The position numbers and the translations under genes were made by a program. Shown piece by piece: positions 60,359 through 64,000 of a DNA stretch of 64,000 nucleotides (the first letter of the stretch is position 1; every line of letters begins with the position of its first letter). The notes below the pieces were generated by a model, which was not told where the DNA came from, did no database searches, and worked only from the letters and a program-made list of their open reading frames with translations. Source of the DNA: a virus; IMG/VR virus record IMGVR_UViG_3300017589_000047, positions 1-64,000 of that record; one strand, 5' to 3'.

Positions 60359-61731
60359 TAGCAAGCCTCCACTAACCATATAGGCATTTTCATTTCTATA
60401 CATGGTTTGTATTCTGTTATATTTCTTGTTGTATTTCTAATCTCGTTTTTAAGTATTTCAGAGGTTAAAGCAACCATGTTCTTTAACATTTGCTCCGCTT
60501 GTTCTTCTTTCCTTTTAACATTTGCAAGAACACTTTCTTCTCTTTCTGAAATAATCACATGAACGTTTACTTCTTTAGTTTGTCCAAACCTATAACATCT
60601 TCTAATTGCTTGATAGAATCGTTCATAACTGTCTGATAATCCGCAAAATATCATGTTGTTGCAGTTCTGCCAATTCATTCCGAATCCACATATTTTAGCT
60701 TTGGTTACAAGAAACTTTACTTCTCCAGTTGCAAATCCCAACATTGCATTTTCTTTATGTTCTGGTTTGTCTGCTCCTGTTACTTCTACAGCTCCTACAA
60801 TCAGTTTTGACAGCATTTCACTTTCGTTGTTATAGTCGCACCATATTAAACAATTATCCATTCCTTTAACTAATTCAACCGCCTTACCAACTCTATCATC
60901 AATGCTTTCTTTTCTTGCTTCTCTTCTTTCATCTAATGTTTGCGCTGGCATAACTACAAACATATCGTTGTTGTTTGGGCTATCTACTATGTGAGTAGTA
61001 ATATTAAGCTTAGGTAATTTGTATTTGCTACCGTCATATCCTAAATCTTCAGGTGTCTTAACTACCATAGCCCAACTTGCAATCCACTTCCAGAATTCTG
61101 TTTCTGCGTGGCCTTTTAATCTCCATTTAGCTGTGTCACCACTATCATGTACAAAGAAAGTTGCAAGCATTTCAGTTCTTGACATTACACCTAAAAACTC
61201 TGAATGATTACCTAATTCAACAAAATCATTAGGACTTGGTGTTGCGGTACATGCTAATTTATATTCTGTATATTTAAAAAGTTCTAGCATTTCCTGTGTA
61301 GTTTTTCCTGTGAAGCTTTTTATAATTGAGCTTTCATCAAGCACTACACCTACAAATTCATAAGGATTAAAATGTTGAAGCATTTCATAATTAGTTATGT
61401 TAATTCCTGGCTTAACGTCCTGTTGTCCTCGGCACAACGATACATCTATCCCAAATTTTGCACCTTCTCTAACTGTTTGCTTACTTACAGCCAATGGAGC
61501 TAATATTAAAATCTTACCACCGGTATACTTGCATATTTCATTCGACCAGATTAATTGAATTATTGTTTTACCTAATCCAGTATCTAAAAATAATGCTGCT
61601 TTACCTTTCTTTAACGCCCATTTTACAATGTCTCTTTGAAAATTAAACAGAAATTCATTAGTTGGTTCACATTCAAATCCAGAAGGTTTGAAAATTCTTT
61701 GTTTATTTTTTAAAAATTCTTTATATTGCAT
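60358..61731 (-). CDS. SNF2/DEAD-like superfamily-2 helicase
   Basis: DTGLGKT (Walker A), VLDESS (DExx), and C-terminal helicase motifs ...QAIRRCYRFGQ. Confidence 0.8.
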   Translation of the reverse strand: MQYKEFLKNKQRIFKPSGFECEPTNEFLFNFQRDIVKWALKKGKAALFLDTGLGKTIIQLIWSNEICKYTGGKILILAPLAVSKQTVREGAKFGIDVSLCRGQQDVKPGINITNYEMLQHFNPYEFVGVVLDESSIIKSFTGKTTQEMLELFKYTEYKLACTATPSPNDFVELGNHSEFLGVMSRTEMLATFFVHDSGDTAKWRLKGHAETEFWKWIASWAMVVKTPEDLGYDGSKYKLPKLNITTHIVDSPNNNDMFVVMPAQTLDERREARKESIDDRVGKAVELVKGMDNCLIWCDYNNESEMLSKLIVGAVEVTGADKPEHKENAMLGFATGEVKFLVTKAKICGFGMNWQNCNNMIFCGLSDSYERFYQAIRRCYRFGQTKEVNVHVIISEREESVLANVKRKEEQAEQMLKNMVALTSEILKNEIRNTTRNITEYKPCIEMKMPIWLVEAC

Positions 61732-61744
61732 TTTTACCTCCTGG

Positions 61745-61987
61745 TTAGTAGTTAGTTTTAAATTTATCTTTCAACTCTTGCATCTTTTTATCTGTACAGC
61801 TATCTGTATTTATTTCCTCAATCATATTTACATTTTCAAAATTTAATAGATGTTGATCTCCGTTCGATATTTTAATTAATACTGCATTACCCTCTTGAAT
61901 TATCTCTGTTGTGTTATAAAAATTTCTAGAAGTGGATAGAGTTTTAAACCAAACTTTTATAGTTGCTTTATCGAATGTTGCTGTCAT
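61745..61987 (-). CDS. Hypothetical protein
   Basis: 80-aa ORF. Confidence 0.45.
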   Translation of the reverse strand: MTATFDKATIKVWFKTLSTSRNFYNTTEIIQEGNAVLIKISNGDQHLLNFENVNMIEEINTDSCTDKKMQELKDKFKTNY

Positions 61988-62534
61988 TATTTCCTCCCAT
62001 ATCCAATTTTAATTTATCCGATACATTCGTTATTAGTGTTTTAATATCGTTAGGCAACGCTTTATATTCTCTCTCTGTATTTGCCCTCACCTTGTAACTT
62101 CGCATGAAGTTTGAAGCAACTACCGCTTGTACAGTATCAGACTCCATCTGTCCCCATTCCTTGAGCTGTGAGGGGCTACCTACTAATTGCTTTAAGATGT
62201 CAGGTAACTTGTCAAATTCCTCTGTAGCATGGTAGGCACTGTTTTTAATTGCTTTGCTGACTAGGTTCCACGCTTCTTGTTCGGTTAATTCAGTTGGATT
62301 TGATATTTTTACAAGGCTTGCTTTAATTTTGCCAATAATAGGAGGATAACCGCTTGTATCACTTACTATATGAGCTTTAACTGCTGATTTTACTAAATTA
62401 AAATCATCATCTATAAACATTTCAGTCCACAAAGTGATAATTCCCTCTGCTTCACTTTTACTTATATTTTTATAAAACATTGGGTACGCTGCTTTCAAAA
62501 TCGCCATAATTCCCATAGTTTCAATTTTTGTCAT
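61968..62534 (-). CDS. Helicase loader/inhibitor-like protein (SPP1 G39P type)
   Basis: MAILKAAYPMFYKN...LWTEMFIDDDFNLVKSAVKAHI...GYPPIIGKI resembles the G39P-family N-terminal domain, recalled from memory. Confidence 0.55.
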   Translation of the reverse strand: MTKIETMGIMAILKAAYPMFYKNISKSEAEGIITLWTEMFIDDDFNLVKSAVKAHIVSDTSGYPPIIGKIKASLVKISNPTELTEQEAWNLVSKAIKNSAYHATEEFDKLPDILKQLVGSPSQLKEWGQMESDTVQAVVASNFMRSYKVRANTEREYKALPNDIKTLITNVSDKLKLDMGGNNDSNIR

Positions 62535-63409
62535 TTATTCTGTGCCTCCTTTTCCATTTCTTCATGCATCATGTCTAAAAACACATTCCCACTAGTTTCT
62601 TTTGATTTTTTATTGCCATTTTGTTCTTTATACTTACCCTCTGCAATATCTTTTCTATTCCAATTTAGAATCGTCGCATAATCATCAGCATAATTTTTTC
62701 CTTTACTTGCTTTGTAAGTATCTAATCTTGCAATCATGTCTTTAGTTCTCGCTTGACCTAATTTATCTAGCAATTTATTAAATTCAATTTCTGTCAAAGA
62801 TACTTTTTCAAATTCTCCGTACTTTTCTTTTTTGGGTTTGTCAGCATCAAGTTTTAAAGATTCATCAATTGAAAGTTGTTCTTCGTCACCGCTTATATAT
62901 ATATCCTTTTTATTCTTCTTAACATTCTTGTCATTCTTTACATTCTTGTTTATATTGTTCCCTTCCTGTTCCCTTCGCAGTTCCTTCGTGTCCTTTTCAT
63001 TGTTCCCTTCGTTGTTACCTTCATAGTTTTTAGAGGTCTGATAAACGTTGAAATTCTCTATAGTTACAAGCAAGCCTTGTGTTCCCTTCGTTGTTACTAT
63101 CATAGTTCCCTTCGTGTTCCTTTCATTGTCCTCTTCATGGGGATTTCGTAGCCACCCTAATATTGAGTAAATTTGTTTCTTAGAAGGTACTTCTTTTCTA
63201 AAGCCTACATACCAACTACAAGCTTCTTGAATTTCAGGAACATTTGTCCATAATTCACCTATTTTTAAATTTTTATATTCCTTATGCTGTGCCCTTGAAA
63301 GCAGATATATCCAAACCTTAATATAAAGTGGAGGCTTGAACCATATTTCACTTTCAATTAATTTTCTACTTAGTAAGATATATCCACCATGAATTAAAGG
63401 TTCTGCCAA
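62531..63409 (-). CDS. Replisome organiser / origin-binding protein containing the iteron array
   Basis: N-terminal wHTH-like GGYILLSRKLIESEIWFKPPLYIKVWIYLL, a low-complexity middle encoded by the iterons, and a DnaD-like C-terminus. Confidence 0.55.
   Translation of the reverse strand: MAEPLIHGGYILLSRKLIESEIWFKPPLYIKVWIYLLSRAQHKEYKNLKIGELWTNVPEIQEACSWYVGFRKEVPSKKQIYSILGWLRNPHEEDNERNTKGTMIVTTKGTQGLLVTIENFNVYQTSKNYEGNNEGNNEKDTKELRREQEGNNINKNVKNDKNVKKNKKDIYISGDEEQLSIDESLKLDADKPKKEKYGEFEKVSLTEIEFNKLLDKLGQARTKDMIARLDTYKASKGKNYADDYATILNWNRKDIAEGKYKEQNGNKKSKETSGNVFLDMMHEEMEKEAQNK
62920..63125. repeat. Iteron array (candidate phage origin) inside the organiser gene
   Basis: GTTCCCTTC(G/C) at 62958, 62968, 63002, 63081 and 63105, with degenerate copies at 62980 and 63116. 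A 26-nt repeat GTTCCCTTCGTTGTTAC..TCATAGTT lies at 63002 and 63081. ACATTCTTG-type triplet at 62922-62948. TATATATATA at about 62895. Confidence 0.7.
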
Positions 63410-63421
63410 TTCTTCACCACC

Positions 63422-64000
63422 TCAATACGGATACATTTCTAAATTAACTTCTAAACCCGCATCCGCAACAACAGGCTTAATTCCTGTCAACTCTTTAATT
63501 TCTTTAACCATTCTCAAGGCATTTGAGTTGCTATCCGATAAATGTAAGAGTATAATTTCTCGGCATTGGCTCAAATCATTAGCTTTTAAAAATTGTTTTA
63601 CATTCTCGAGGCTGAAATGTGACTGTAACAATCTGCTTTTCATAGCCTCGTGAATATATCCTGCTTCTATATTTTCATTTAATGTTTCTTTGATGTAATT
63701 GCATTCAATCATTATGTAGTTCAAATTTTTAAATTTATATTTGCAGTAATAACTATCAGTAACAAACAACAATTTTTCTTTAGTAGGTTTATACTGAATC
63801 AAGAAACCTAAACTTCCCTCGCAATCATGCTCTGTAGGAAATGGTAGTATAATAAAATTTCCTACTATAAACTGTTTTAACGGCTCTATATGATTAATTC
63901 TATGTCCAGTTAGTCCTAATGTACTAGCAGTCTCTTTTGCTGTGTAAATATCGATTCCTAGGTCTGCTAGTTTGCTTGCATTTGATGAATGGTCTTGGTG
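63422..64000 (-). CDS. MBL-fold metallo-hydrolase (5' end off-window)
   Basis: The minus frame stays open to position 64000 and reads ...HQDHSSNASKLADLGIDIY... (HxHxDH-type motif) upstream of the ORF-track Met. Confidence 0.6.
   Translation of the reverse strand, partial: HQDHSSNASKLADLGIDIYTAKETASTLGLTGHRINHIEPLKQFIVGNFIILPFPTEHDCEGSLGFLIQYKPTKEKLLFVTDSYYCKYKFKNLNYIMIECNYIKETLNENIEAGYIHEAMKSRLLQSHFSLENVKQFLKANDLSQCREIILLHLSDSNSNALRMVKEIKELTGIKPVVADAGLEVNLEMYPY

Larger units (their letters stand above)
17440..64000. mobile_element. Siphovirus-type (pro)phage: rightward structural arm converging on a leftward replication/modification arm; extends off the right edge
   Basis: terL, portal, capsid, tape measure, Dit and Tal run on the + strand. 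The organiser, loader, helicase, methyltransferases, RusA-like gene and late regulator run on the - strand. Confidence 0.8.

Noticed and set aside
1-64000. Retron/DGR, toxin-antitoxin pairs and known multi-gene defence systems (CBASS, Thoeris, Gabija, restriction-modification with a cognate endonuclease)
   Set aside because: No reverse-transcriptase, cyclase, TIR/SIR2, OLD/UvrD or restriction-endonuclease motifs were recognisable in any ORF. Both methyltransferases appear to be orphan phage MTases. This is a negative result from reading motifs by eye, not from HMM searches.

Overview
This is AT-rich DNA (about 30% GC by eye) with GGAGG-type ribosome-binding sites and a Clostridia-like coding style. 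Almost the whole window is mobile DNA, in three blocks.

(1) 1-6.87 kb is the integrase-proximal end of an integrated element. It carries a tyrosine integrase and two XRE repressors. A divergent leftward operon encodes an Xis-like HTH, an antirepressor, an orphan Spo0A DNA-binding domain, a 3D-domain protein, and a protein with 27-bp (9-aa) tandem repeats that runs off the left edge.

(2) 7.06-17.43 kb is a leftward-transcribed element. It encodes an FtsK/SpoIIIE ATPase, a Replic_Relax protein, a 201-aa catalytic-core-only tyrosine recombinase, two paralogous AP2-domain proteins and many small ORFs. It is bracketed by ACAAAATGGC direct repeats.

(3) 17.4-64 kb is a siphovirus-type phage. Its rightward packaging/head/tail module (18.7-49.2 kb) converges on a leftward replication and DNA-modification module (64 to 49.3 kb).

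Strongest observations, all readable directly from the sequence:
- A complete hammerhead ribozyme core (cleavage predicted at 22103/22104) sits inside a ~177-nt helix-closed RNA domain just upstream of the large terminase gene.
- A radical-SAM/SPASM maturase is translationally coupled to a 282-aa protein with a 17-Cys repeat region fused to an FN3-like domain (47.1-49.2 kb). This may be a phage-encoded protein-crosslinking system.
- A ~35-nt junction element in block 2 starts at the TAG stop of each upstream gene and ends in the SD of the next. It surrounds the mini-recombinase and stands in triplicate at the operon head.
- A DNA-modification island holds three CX3CX2C enzymes, a PP-loop enzyme and two methyltransferases.
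- A 53-aa NrdR zinc-ribbon-only protein is encoded in the early region.
- A terminator-delimited, recombinase-containing insert (lysis genes plus fibre-like genes) lies between the tape measure and distal tail genes.

No homology search, HMM or folding program was run. Product names rest on motifs I could read and on synteny.
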